DNA from: Lama glama
Lineage: Eukaryota
NCBI GenBank assembly: GCA_028534125.1
Contig: CM052816.1
Span: 66,962,001-67,026,000, forward strand
DNA: 64,000 nt
Direction: 5' to 3'
In this document: positions 13,905 to 27,029 of the stretch, one piece after another
How the letters are laid out: each line of letters begins with the position of its first letter
How positions within the stretch are numbered: the stretch's first letter is position 1
The notes under the pieces: generated by a model
Seen by the model: only the letters and a program-made list of their open reading frames with translations
Database searches by the model: none
Told to the model about the DNA's origin: nothing
Translations under genes and position numbers: made by a program

Positions 13905-14540
13905 CTTTTCATTCATCTCTCAGTATACATTTATTGTGTGCCTGTTACCATTATGAGACCTGGAGATACAGAAAGTCCCTAGCCCTCAAGGGCCCAAAGT
14001 CTAGGCTGGAGGACAAATATAAAAACAAAAAATAACAACAATAAATGAGATAGCAGCCCTACAGAGCTATAACTGAGGCCCAGGTAATAAAAGCAAGAAT
14101 TCTTCTTGCAGGATCTTGGAAGGTTTTTCAGACAAAGATCTCTTATATCACATACCCAAAGATGCCTTCTTAACAACAAGGTGGGGGCCACATGTGGCTG
14201 CCTTCTTTTTCCCTGCCCCCTCTACCCTATGTTCTGGTCACCCAGTTTAAAGTCCTCCACTTTTATTACTCCTTAGTGCCTCTGCTCATCCTGGATGCCC
14301 TTCAGTTCCTTGCCAGCTGGGATCAGATTTATTCCTCTTTTAGAGACTGTGCAAGCATCATCTCTTCAATGAAAGCTCTCCTGACCACCACCCAATCATG
14401 CCTTCCTTTCCACCTGCCCTATACCCCATCTCATACTTATATCCATAAAATATTTATACTTCATTTCTCCTAAACTGTTACATGTTGGTCTCTCTCTAGA
14501 AGACTGAGTTACCTGCAGTCAGAGATCATATCTTCATTGA
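13905..14540. mobile_element. L2 LINE relics (minus piece, then plus piece)
   Basis: 'ttcattcatc...catttattgtgtgcctg...gccctcaagggcccaaagtctag' and 'ctagaagactgagttacctgcagtcagagatcatatcttcatt'. Confidence 0.6.
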
Positions 14541-15212
14541 CCATACCTTTGTCATCTTTTTCGTCTCTCTGGCTAGACTGAGATTATCCCCAAGTGTTCT
14601 TTTAGTGATTTTCAGCAGATTATTAGTTCACTAGTTTCCAAATATACACTTGGATCAGTTGTATGTGACTGGAGGGTACAGAGTAGGTACACCGTAACAA
14701 TAGTAAGGAATCTGTGTCTGTGATGAACCAGAGGGCTGCAGCAGTAAATGAAACATTTATAGGCAGCGAGATCAGAGGTGAAGATAGAGTGATAGAGAGA
14801 TAAACAGTAATAATGTCTCGCATTTGTATAGCCCTTTTATTAACCAAAATTCTTTCACATATCTTATCTTCCTTTATCTTTATACAAATGATATAAAGTA
14901 GGGAGGAAACATGTCTACAGTTCATGGAAGGTGAAACTGAGATGTAGGGAGGTTGCATCATTTATCTATTATCTGTTTATGACCAAATAAGGACTGATGC
15001 ATTGTGCATTTTTGATGCAGTCATTCAACTAATATCTGCACACTGGTAATACATACACTTTATATACTAATACATATAAAGGCACCATACTTGTTCTGGT
15101 CCGTGAGTACACACAAATAAAAGAAAAAGTTATAACCCTCAAGAAGTTCACAGTTTAAGGAAAACTATCAGCAGGCAACTATACAATTACACTTCCATGT
15201 GGTAAGTGTTAA

Positions 15213-15552
15213 TGTCATGGACTGAATGTGTCCTGCCCCAAATTCATATGTTGAAACCTGGCGCCCAGTGTGATGGTATTTGGAGGTGGGACTTTGGCAG
15301 AGAATTAGATCATGAGAGTGGAGCCCTCATGAATGGGATTAGTGCCCTTATGAAAAAGACCCCAGAGGGCTCTATTCCCCCTTCATCCATGTGAAGACAG
15401 CATCTATGAACCAGGTGAGGGCCCTCGCCAAACACTGAGTCAGCTGGCACCTTGATCTTGAACTTGCCGACCTAGAGGACTGAAAAATAAATTTTTATTT
15501 TTTAAGAGCCACACGGTCTATAGTATTCTATGATAGCAGCCAGAACAGACAG
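15213..15552 (+). mobile_element. MLT1A-like solo LTR (ERVL-MaLR) inserted in an L2 relic
   Basis: 'tgtcatggactgaatgtgtcc...aaattcatatgttgaaacc...gtggagccctcatgaatgggattagtgcccttat...gctggcaccttgatcttgaac...tagcagcc'. Confidence 0.9.
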
Positions 15553-15789
15553 AGTTAGCTACATAAAGTGATGTTTAAAGTATCACAGGGACTCACTGGA
15601 GCATTTAACCAGCCAGGGAGTGAGTTAAACAAGAACTGGGATTGAGGGTGGGGAAAGAGAGACTCTGGTCAGCAAAGGCTTTCCTGGGGAACCCATGCTT
15701 GAAAAACATGCTCTAGTTAGAGGTTGAGAAAAGATCATTGAAGAAACAGGAGAATGTGTAAAGGCACAGAGTTACACAGAAAGATGGAG

Positions 15790-18700
15790 CAATCTTTCTC
15801 TAAGTTCCTTCATTAGCTCCTGAAATTGCCACCTCCCCATAAAGATCAGTTCTAGGGTCCATATCCTTCTGCACTAGAAGACTATTTGTTCCTGCTGTTT
15901 GGAGAACTGTCAGCAGTCAGCTTTTAGCTGTGAGCCCCTTCAAGAACTGCCTCAGCTGCAGAGCCCTCTCATTCAAGGTCATGTTCTTCCCCACAAATAC
16001 CCACATCCAATAGTGGGTCAATGCAGGAATACAAAGTCCTGACCATCATGGTCCAATGCAAGATATCTATGAAGGACCATTTTAGCTACAAGTGTCCCTG
16101 TGGTGTTGGCTGAAGGTATAGTTATGCTTGCATTTCAGCTCAGTCTTCCCTTTTGCCCAATTCTGTTTCCCTCCCTTCCATTCTACAGGTGTTGGCCCAT
16201 GAGCTCTCTAACAAATATAGCAAGTTCTAATCTGTGTCTGAGAGTCGGCTTCCTGGGAAGCCTCACCCTCTGACATTTGGTACCAAGAGTGCTCTAAGAA
16301 TCCATGGAGGAAGATGTGGTTTCAGAGCTAGATACTTTGCTGGCAGTGAGAAACCTCTCCCTGGTGGCACGTGGAACACAGACAGCCCTGGCACTAGGTA
16401 AAGGTCCAAATGCTCACACTTTCACTGGTAAGCTGAGATGGTATAAAGGTGGGTGAGACGCACTAGCTAGTGCTATATGCTGCATTTGGAAAAAAGAGGT
16501 GATAGAAGCTATAAAAACAATGGAATGGTATGACTATTTTCTAAGCTTCTTCTCTGGAAGAAAGATAACAAAAGCTGAGAGAAATAGAAACAGAAAGCAG
16601 TTCTGAAAGTAAAGAGCCTTCAAGGTAGCAAACAAAAAGGATCTCATTTTCTGCAGCAGGAAGGAACAGAAATCTGAGGACCAGGACTAGAATATAATCA
16701 TCAGAGGAGCTAAACTATGAAGAGGTTAAACTCCTCATCAAGATAGATCTTCTGGGGGAGAGGTATAGCTCAGTGGTAGAGTGTGTGCCTGCACAAAGTC
16801 CTGGGTTCAATCCCCAGTACTTCTATTAAGAAATAAATAAATGAAACACTAATTACCTCCTCCCCACTAAAAAATAAAAAAATAATAAGTAAATGAAATT
16901 TTTAAAAAAAGACAAATCTATGTCAAGATTAGGGTCCTGGCTAGGACAGAATAGGACTCTGACACATTGGATAGATATCCAAGTGGAGGCCTACAAAAAT
17001 CCAAAATCCTTAAGAGTCCCCCAAATCCTGTAAGACTGCAGAAGTGCTCTTTCCCCACCTGCCATCAAAAGCTAACACACCTCTCTTTTCACAAGAAGAA
17101 AATGTAGAGGCCTTCCCTCTGCAAGACAATGTATGCCTTCCTCATGATATACCCCATCTCCCATTCTGACCACTTGACTAATAGCTAAGGTTAAGTGCAG
17201 CATAATCAAGCAAGAGACATACCAAGCCTAAGAAGGGAAGAAGGATAGTATATTTTCTTAGTATGCAGGATTTATACTCCAGGAAAGTGAAGACCAGGAC
17301 TAGAATATAATCATCAGAGGATAAGTGTGAAAAGTGTTAATGTCATGGCCTGAATGTTTCTGCTCCCCTCTCAAAATTCACATTGAAAACTAGGACTCCA
17401 AAGACAGTGAAGACTCAGTTCCCTGTGCCTGGCCATCTACTCTGTGTAGAAAGAGAAGTGGCCCAAGTTTGGGCTACATGTATGGACTCATGGGCAATGG
17501 CAAATGGTCTGGCAGGCTGATTAGGGTCTGGAAAGAGAAAAATGGAAAAATCGGAGACAAGGAAAACCTAGGATAGAAGCACGTGAATGAGTATGAGTGG
17601 GCAAAAACTATAAAGATCTTATATCACAGAATCACAGCCACCGACAGAATCCAACACAGAGAAAGTACTAAACAATCATGTAGCCAAAGTGATTCAGCCA
17701 GTAACATGAGCCAGCCTTTGCCATTGTCCATCCCAAAGCTAACACAATGGGTGTGTGAACAGAGTAGCTGAGATAGTAAGAACGAAGGCTATACAAATGC
17801 CCCACAGAATAGATTCTCCCTTACCAAGGCTAATTTAACTATTGTTGCTATTGAATGTCCAACCTGCCAGAAATAGAGACCAATACTGACTTACTGTTGT
17901 GGCATCATCCCTGGAGGAAACCAACTTGCCACTTTGGTTTGCCTTTCTTGCTAGCAAGAGCTTAGCCAGCACCACTATCCAAGGGTTTATGAAGTGTTTG
18001 ATCCGTTGGTATGGGACCTCATATAACACTGCATCTGGGGAACTCATGATAGAGCAAAACAGATGTGGAAGTTGGCCCATAGTCATGGGACCCTCTGACA
18101 TGCCTCACCACACAGAAGCTAGTAGCCTGATAGAGCATATCTCTCAGAAGGTACAGCTCAAGTTCCAGCTCAGTGCCAGTGATTCACCAGGATGGAGTGT
18201 CATCCTCTAGGACTAGTATACGCTTTGAATCAAAGGCCTTCATATGATACTATATCTCCAAAAGGAAAAAATAACAGTTTTAAGAATTGAGGAGTGGAAA
18301 CAACATGGACCCACCTCTCATCTTTCCCAGTGACCTGCTTGAATAATTCATTCATCCCTTCTCTGCAATTCTGGGTTCTGTGGGTCTACAGATCTTGATT
18401 CTTAAAGGGAGAACTTTTTGGCTAATGGATGCAGTAATAATCCCTTTGTATTATAAGCTCTGACTATAGTATGGGCATTCAGGCTCCTTGTGCCAAGAAA
18501 CTAGCTGACAAGAGGAGGAGTCAGCATTTTGGCAGAGCAATTGGGACTGGGGCTGCTATTTTCACAATGGGGCATGGAGGAATAAGTCTGGCACCCAGGT
18601 GATCCAGTTGGGCATCTCTTGGTCCTCTCTTGCCCAATTATAATGGCAAATGGACAGGCACAGGAATCCTGGTTTGAGAAGGGCCTGGTTAACAGGGCTG

Positions 18701-19372
18701 AGACTACTCAAGGCTGAGGGTATTGGCTATGCCACCAGGTAAGTGACTGAGACTGACAGAGATGGAAGATGAGAGAGAAAAATCTAGAATCAATAGTGGA
18801 GGAGGGAGTATCAGTTGTGACTTTGAGATCAGCTGTAGAATTGGACTATATGTGGCCCACTAACTTCCTGTCCTCAGTTTGCCCCAACAGAAGTTTAGCA
18901 ACACCCTGAAGAGCTGTTTCTAAATGTATACTGAGAAGTGAGTCTGAGCTGAGCAAGCAGTAGGCTGTGGCAGACACCACCCAGACCCCTCCAGGCCTCC
19001 CTTTAGTAAAAAATTATTGTCCCAGCTATTTGGAGTGCTGCCAGCAGACAGCTTCCGCTGCAGAGAGAGCACTCACTCAAGGCCATGACTTTGCTAGGGT
19101 ACCCACGTCTCATGACTGACTGACTAAGGAATATAAAGGCCTGGCCATCCCAGCCCAACTCAGGACAACTTTGAAGGGCAATTCTAGTTCCAGAGATCCC
19201 TGGGGAGTTGACCAAAGCTGTTGCTGGGTCTGTGTCTCAGCTCAACATCTTCTTCTCAATCCTGTTCCCTTGTTCAGCCTTCCAGACATGTGGGTCCCAA
19301 GGAGACTCCACAATAAAATTCTGTGCTCTAAACTCCATCTCAGAGTTTCTCAGTGTAACCTAACCTGTGACA
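15790..19372 (+). mobile_element. Decayed ERVL provirus with two LTR16-class LTRs (5' ~15790-16275, 3' 18966-19372) and a deleted internal region
   Basis: Two homologous LTRs ending ...tgaca; PBS-like 'tttggtaccaagagtg' directly after the 5' LTR; RNase H remnant ('gactcatgggcaatggcaaatggtctggcaggc' = DSWAMANGLAG) and integrase remnants ('gaatgtccaacctgccag' = ECPTCQ; 'caccacacagaagctagtagcctgatagag' = HHTEASSLIE). No intact ORF. 5' start is approximate. Confidence 0.85.
16754..16910 (+). mobile_element. tRNA-derived SINE, camelid vic-1-like, nested in the ERVL
   Basis: Head 'gggggagaggtatagctcagtggtagag' (A box), 'gggttcaatcccc' (B box), tail 'taattacctcctcccc' plus A-rich end; degenerate TSD aagatagatcttct / aagacaaatctatg. 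Confidence 0.9.
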
Positions 19373-20799
19373 GATGAGAATGACTGTGGAGAGAAATAAC
19401 AAATTCTGAGTCATTTGCCTGTTAGGGAAAGAAAGAACTTTTTATTTCTGGAAGCAGTGTGGTAGTAGGGTGTTAAGGAGCCAAAAATAAAGTTTGTTGA
19501 CGGAAGTGAGGCGGGAGTGAGGCTGTCCAAATTTGTATTCCTCTCCACTAGAAGTTCTGTCAAGACGGAGGGGGTGAGGAGTGACACGCGGGTCTCAGGA
19601 AAGAGAAAAATTGGCCACATGATCTGTATATTGTGCAGATCTATGGTGTCATGAAGAGAGACGCCTTATAACAGTTTCTGGGTTTCTCCTCAACCAGAAT
19701 GATAAAGCTTTTACTTGCAGTGGAGAAGAGGCTCAGGAAGGCTACCCTGGGTCAACTCCAGTGAGAGGCCTGCCATTTTGATAGAAAAGACATAGGCATA
19801 TCCTTTCCTCCACTCTGACAGCTCTCAGAGACAGCACTTGACCCCAAAAGCCCAGAGACCCAGAGAATTACCGGGTCATGAATAAGAAAGCAGGAAAGAG
19901 TGCAGCCGCCAATGCCTTAATAGAGATTGCAACTGGCCAAATTTCCAGCCCAAATGACCATAATCTTGGCAGACAAGTAGAATTCTGAGGAGAGACGGAA
20001 AGCTTCCAATGTTTATGTATTTTTCTACAGGGGAAGAGTTTGCTGATTTTAGGAAGGGTGGGCCCCCCAAGGCTAGCTGCCCGACTCCGGTGATTACTCT
20101 GAGCCTTAAAGCTTTGGAAATTCACTTTAAACATTTCTTGTCTGAGATTTAACGCACAACAGGCAATGCATTTGTTTCCTCCCAGAGGACCTAGCACATG
20201 TGACTGTCTCTTGAGAAAGGCAATTATCACCTCAAGGTGGTCTGCCTGAAATGCTTCTTAATACTGGCTTAGAGGAAGTGAGCCCACGTGACTGTCTCAG
20301 GAGGCTCATCGCAAGACTGGGAAACAAGCAGTGTGAAGAGTTTTCACGAAATGCTTCTCAGGAAAGCACACACTACTTGAAAACCCAGAAATTATTTTTC
20401 CTAAAACCTCTGGTTTTCATTTATTTCTAATAACAATTTCCAGGCTACCAGAATTTCTATCATTTTGTTATTATCAACTTCAAACTCATTTCTTTGCAGG
20501 CTGCAATCATGCTTACTCTCTATGATAAATGCACAGAGCTACCCATACTCAGATGGCTCCTGGAAAAGGCATATTCTTGATGTATAAGGTGGTATCTTTG
20601 GAAGTTATCTTAGGACTGAAAAGGGACACTGAAATGGTGGGCAAGGGATTGAGAGGATGTGCTTCTAGTGCTTTTTCTCTGGAGGCCATGATTCCATGGC
20701 TGGGTATCCCTTTCTGTAGGATTCCAGGCCAATACTGCCACCTCTACCATGTACTCCACACCAACCCCGTCTGATTAAACCTCTCGTGAATCTGTAGCT

Positions 20800-20945
20800 C
20801 AGGACACTTGTTTTTCCTCTATCATAGCACCTACTGTTCGTGGCACTCTTTCCACTTCCTCAAGGACAAAGACCTTGTATTCTATATCTTAGATTTAATT
20901 AGAGTGCCTTGCATACATTAAGTATTGTTTACGTATTGTTGAAAT
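20800..20945 (+). mobile_element. L2 3' end relic
   Basis: 'cctcaaggacaaagaccttgtatt...agtgccttgcatacattaagt...tattgttgaa'. Confidence 0.55.
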
Positions 20946-23538
20946 AAACCCAAGTGATGTGACTGTGCTACAGGAATGGTTCTTCCGAAAGAGAGAAAAG
21001 CGCAGAATAGGAAGACATAGTACCTCTTGATTTGAAAAAAGACTTAAGCCACCTCTTGGGATTTCTATATACTCACTGGATGTAAGCAATTGGCCTTTAC
21101 TATAATGTTTCATTTCAAAATTAAATGCTTGTTTTCCACCGATCTTTTTCAAAAGAAATAACATGAAAGATGAAGGTGGTAATGTTTGTGAGGTGCTCTA
21201 AGGTCCTTTTATAAAAGTCTTCAGATATTGTTTCTTTATTGAGAATAAAAACCTAGTTTCTCCTGAAAGACATTCACATCCACAGAAGCAAAGGGAAAGG
21301 GAAAGTTATGGGGGAGTTGATATATTAGCAATAAATCAACTAAGACTGAACTATACAACCTGTTAGGGAAATATCAAAAGCCGAGAGATGAGCTAAAGAA
21401 GCCTGCATATCTGCGTTGTTGGGAAACACACCAATAGCAAAGGGCATGGTGGGGGAGAGCAGGAAAACAGTACAGAATGTCATGTTACAGAACAAAAAGT
21501 AGTGTTCAAGTTAAGAAATATAATTATCGTGGAAATGAAAACTTCACAAGGTGAGCCAAGAGCAATTCTGAGGAAGCTGAGTTGCAGGTAAAAGGATCCA
21601 GGCTAGGGGAAAAAAGAAGAAAAAATAAAACTGAGAGAGGAGGAAGAAGCAGAGAGAATCTTAGGTAAATATTAGTCAAGTCAGAAGAATGAGCTTTGCC
21701 TGGGAACAAGGGCTGCTGTTCATCTACCCACTCCCCAATGAGGATACAACATGGAAACCTGTCTTTCCTGCAAGTTGACTGCCCCCAGCCACTGCAAACA
21801 ATGCTAAGTCCTAGAGAGAGGCAAAGAAATACCATCCGGCTGTCTTGGGGAAAAGACATATTAAGTTATTGGTTATCCAAAAGAAATCAAATTTATAGCG
21901 TGAAGTGGCAGGGATGGAAAAAAATATTCCTTGAGTTTGATTCCTAACCAACCCTATGAGAGGCAAAAAATCCACATGATGGTAACGTTTTCTGCAAGAT
22001 ATTATCATTCTATTGTCTTGTAATTTTCACTGATGGCATGAATTCTTTCTTTCCCGCTGAGTCTCACTGCAACTCCTACCTCCTCTTATCAATCTGTTGC
22101 TACAATCACAAATGAGGCTCAGAAAACAGGGGCCCTCATGGCTTCTCCAAATCCCATCTTGTTGCTATTCTCTCGGGCATCAGAGGCAGCTGACCTGAAA
22201 GAAGGTAGCTAAGGACAGGAAAGGGATGCAGTGTTAATCCTCAAAGGCTCAAACAAAAGTCTTCCCATTTTAAACTGCTAAGATTTATAAAAAGGTAGTA
22301 ATTTTTCATTGCACCAAAGTTCATGGTAATAAATTGGTGCTTACAGAGAGGAACAAAATTAATGACTTTCAACTCCACGTTCTATATTCTCCTTAGTCAA
22401 TCCCTGGGCTTGACCTAACAGGAACATCTCTCGTGGAAATTGTAGCATGATGAGACTAATGTCAAAGAATATTTAGTATCCACTAAACTAAATCCATCAT
22501 TGACACATTAGTGGTATAGATTTAAGGACACTAAGATACACGTTCTTTCCAAAATGGTAGTGTCATTGTGCCTTTATATTTTTGTCCAGATTTTTATTCC
22601 ATAGTTGTCTGGAACAAAGATCGTAGTAGCTAAGGTGAGTCACAAGACTTACAATATCACTTCATTTGATATGCCTAGAACAGGAATTTATAAATTAAGT
22701 GCTTAAACTGACTGGTGTAAAGTTTAAAAGGACAGAAAGCTGAAGACAAAGAATGGCAAAGTCTAGACTCTGAGATTTGCTATTTCATGTTCTACGTGCT
22801 ATATAAAAGTGACTTTACTTCCTCTTCCCAGATCTGGCACCCAGCTGGTATTGAGTTAACAATCTTAAGCATGTTAACCACACCACACATCAAAGAAATA
22901 ATTATTCAGTATTACAGGGCTCCTTTCCACTGACTCAGCAAGCTAATTACCACCACCATCTCACCACCTGGCTACAATCACATTGAAGGCAAAAGGGATT
23001 AAAAAGCAAAACATCCCAAAAGTTGACCACCAAAGATTTCACTGTTTGGAAATATGCCACATAAGAATATGTCAAATGTCATGAGCTTTCTGATCCGATT
23101 TCAACAGATAACAACTTCAGCAGTTTTCAATGAAGTCATGCTAATTAGTTTTCCAAATATCTCACAAGAGAGTGCCTCATTAGTTTTATAGATTTTTCAA
23201 AGATTTTCTTTAGTTTTTTGATTGCTTGAGATTAGACTGGAGTTCTCTCTTAAAAGCTATGTCCTTCTATTCTTTACTAAGAAAGTCTAATTATTGCTCA
23301 AATTCTTGGATTGATGATTCATCAGGGATTGATGAAAAACAAAATCCTTACACCTAAACCTATCAACTGGGTACTTCCAGGCATCACAATTACATTCAAA
23401 ACAATAATCATTAGCACATAAAATAAAAGCTTAGCTTTAATCAATGGATCAGTTTAACAAAAGAGTAATTAATTAAAATACTAAAGGAGAAGAAAAGGAA
23501 AGAATTACTTGGAGTACTGATTTAATCTCAGACCTTAC

Positions 23539-23566
23539 TCTCGGTAACAAAAAGATGGAACACCAA
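23539..23566 (-). CDS. Candidate 28-nt micro-exon
   Basis: Minus strand: 'ttctgtttcccccctggcag' | TTGGTGTTCCATCTTTTTGTTACCGAGA | 'gtaagg'; open in all frames; lies in a ~3.5-kb repeat-poor block. Confidence 0.3.
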
Positions 23567-24689
23567 CTGCCAGGGGGGAAACAGAATCATTGTATCTTCA
23601 GAACGAATTCTCACTGGTTGAAGTAATTAGCATTACAAAAGAAGTATGTTTGGCTTACTAATGTACTTCAACTCCGAATAAACTGTACATGCTCCACAAG
23701 TTTTGAAAGTCTATATATAGTTCAAGATGGTCCCTTTGTGAGGTAACCAGCTGCATTTATGTTGTAAGTGGTGATACTTCTAAATAATTTATTTATGACT
23801 ATATAGATACACTATATATATAAAAATATACTATACATGTATAACACATATAATATACTCATATATTTATATTAATATGTATAAATCTAAAAAGACCAAA
23901 AGGACTATGATTATCCTATTGAATTAAGTAACAATGAGTTAGAAATACAAATGATTCATTTATCTATTCAGTAAATATCTACGTACAGTGAGACATAAAT
24001 ATTCATCTATCTTCAGTGATAGATTATATACTTGCCAAAAGCAAAATACACCCAGTTCACAAGGCTGAAGTTATTAGCATATTCTTTTAAATTAGTCTTC
24101 TGGGATTGAATTTAAAGCAATTCAACTGTGTCTGAAATGAGATATCTCTGAACAAAATTTGGTCTGCTCCATGAATCAATGGCTACGAAATTCCTAAAGT
24201 GAACATTTGGGGTGAACATTGTAAAGAGCATCATCAGAAGGAGAGCTAATGGATTGTGACACCATTCCCCCAAGAAAGTAGTAAAGGGTCCTAAAAAATC
24301 ACTGTAACCCTCACACTGGGTAAAAATATCCTCCTGGCAGAGACTCAAAAAGTTGTTCCAATTGGGTCATTAAGAAAATACTTAGATCCAAAGTTGCCAT
24401 TGGAACTGTTGTTTAGAAGAGTTCTGCTGTCAAGCGGGAAGAAATGGATCATGTAATGCATGATGCTTTTGGACTTAAAGACAGCAGGACTAAAGTATAA
24501 GAGCATGTTGCAGGGGAAGAATTCTACAATACGTTTGAACTAGATGACCTGCTATGTCTTCACCATCTCTCATACCTGTGATTCAACTCTAGGGCAGTTC
24601 AGTACACCATCAACATAAAGCCATGTGGGAAGATGACCAAAAGCAACAACAAAAATAATAACACTCTGAGCTCCTTCCTTAGATGAAAG

Positions 24690-24870
24690 GCTACATGTTT
24701 TTACAAAGCACTTTGCAAACATTATCTAATTCTCACAACACCCAAGGTGTGTGGGAGGTAAGTATTATTATCCCATTTTGCAAATGGAGAAGTCGAGGTT
24801 CATGGAGTTTGACTTGCCCATGGACACAAAACACACCAGCAAGGGAACCTAATCTATGGACACTCTGGAG
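24690..24870 (-). mobile_element. MIR relic
   Basis: 'aaagcactttgcaaacattatc...ctcacaacac...attattatcccattttgcaaatggag...tgacttgccca'. Confidence 0.8.
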
Positions 24871-26554
24871 TGAGCTGCTAGGAAACCAGACACCCTGATG
24901 AAATATTGGAGGTCGAAGTAAAAAGGCTGCTCCTGGTATGTGGCAATGATATAAATAAGAAACATGGAATAAAATTACAGTTCTAAGTAAGAGGATATGA
25001 GGTTTAATAAAGGTTAAAATACACCGAGAGAAAAATGAATGAAGGCACTCTCCCGAGAGATGGCTTTACAGAGGATAAAAAGAAGAAGCAATAAAGAGGC
25101 AGGCTTCTGAATTATATGACATTATTTGGAGAAAATTAAGAAGAAAATAAGCAGAAGAAAAGCCACCTGCCTGCGATTTCATTACAAGGATAATCAGACT
25201 AACTGGAATTCTATCACCACAAATATACAGGTCTTAATTTTCAAACGGTCACTGTGCATGACACCAGTTCTGTACTTCAGCCTTAGAGCGAATACCTGCA
25301 CTATCTGACCACAAAACAAAACTGTTACTTAACAAAAATAAATAAATGAGCAAATGAATGAATGAATGAATGAATGTATAAACAGATAGATGAAATTAAA
25401 AAAAACATATTTGGCTCATCCACATCTCTAGGGTGTGATTAAGACTTCCGCATATAGATAACAGCTAAATCAGAACTAACTCGTTGTCCAAAAAGACAGG
25501 AAAGGACTAACGGAAGAAAGATGTCAACAATGAAGGTGATTGTTATTTTCGGAAGGCCAACGTTTTCCAGATCGCCTTGGGCAGCCGTTATTTCCTAATT
25601 CAAAGCACAGCTCAGCTGATTCTAGGCACGCACTCCATACACTGCAGCTCCACCTGAACAAATTGAAGGCACTTGTCCTTTCAATCATTGTGAGCAAGTT
25701 ACATGTACCCTTTGGGCACCAGCTAGTCAAGACTGTGCTTCAAGGAGCCACAGAGATGCTAAGTACTCTGGATTTAGGCTGCTGAGTCAGAGGCAGGGAT
25801 GGGCAGAAGGAAGAGAGAGAGCAAGACAAAGTCTCATCAGCATCTGTGCACCAAACCTAAAGGGAGGATTCCATTAGCCTCTCCTTCCTTGCCCCTTGGA
25901 TGTATGGGGATGCTCTACATTTACTGTCTATGGTTAGCTAGTTGCCTTCTCAGACGTCTGGAACGTAACTATGGTTGATGGGAATGGCTCAGATTGGAAG
26001 AAGCTGACTAACTAGAGGCAGGGTTGGTGCAATTTCTGAGGAGTGAAGGTTCATTTAAAAGAAAATGTTTTTACCACATGTCGATTTTTTTTTCCTGTTT
26101 CCACTCATTATGCATTAGTCCTTAGAATAAGTAAACATGTAAAAACAAAGTCAGTAAGCCTAGCACCATTCTGTGTGCCCAGGACACAGTCACTCAATAG
26201 ACTGATGCATTCTTAATGCTGGCACAACACAACTCACCCTATGATGGTCAGAAGTTTGAGAGCCTCAAAAAGTCCCAAGCCTCTGCTCACCCTTGAGCCA
26301 GAGATGGGGACCCTGCATTTTCAATCTATAGGCACTTACATTGCCCAGTTTATTAATTCTTTAAGTCTAGTTTTCACCCCAGTCCAGGTAGTTATGGCCT
26401 TTACTGTCAGTCTTTACAATAAATATATATTTTATAATTACATAAAGTAAATATGTTTTTATATATTGTATATATGTATATATTTTACCATGTCTTGTAT
26501 ATCAGCACATATATACATTGATTGTAGACACACAGATTTATTTAGAATTACATC

Positions 26555-26695
26555 TGTCATTGCGGGGGATGCTGTGGTGAACTCTGCTACCTTGTCCTCT
26601 CTCCTACAGGGTTGATTCCCAAGAGTACTACCTAACAAATGCCCTAAACACTTACCTCCATCTCAGAATCTGCTTCCCAAGGATTTCTCCTAACA
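26555..26695 (+). mobile_element. Truncated LTR16-like fragment
   Basis: 'ttgattcccaagagtac...ctccatctcagaatctgcttccc' resembles the 3' ends of the two LTRs at 16.2 and 19.3 kb. Confidence 0.65.
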
Positions 26696-27029
26696 GGCAA
26701 CGATTATATTAATTAGTGTTTCATACCAAAAACTCAAAATAAGAATAATAAATATATTAGTACAAAGGCTGGACAGACCAAGGATGCCACAGTAATGACT
26801 GAATTTTGAGACATCTAGGGTGGTTTTTATAATTCAATAGGAAAATAAACCTTCAAAATGAATTCTACATTTTTTTGAAATCTGCATATAGGATTTTAGG
26901 GTAATTCTATTTGGAAATACATCCAAATGGTATTTTCATGTTCTTGGTGAGAAAATGGGGTTCAGTACTAAGTTATTCTGACTTGCACTCCATCATGAGA
27001 GTTGCTTACTAACAGCTGAGAAATGTAGG

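Noticed and set aside
16754..16820. tRNA gene
   Set aside because: A/B boxes are followed by a SINE tail and A-rich end; the cloverleaf is degenerate.
23790..23890. AT-rich quasi-palindromic stretch as a hairpin RNA
   Set aside because: Degenerate (TA)n low-complexity sequence.
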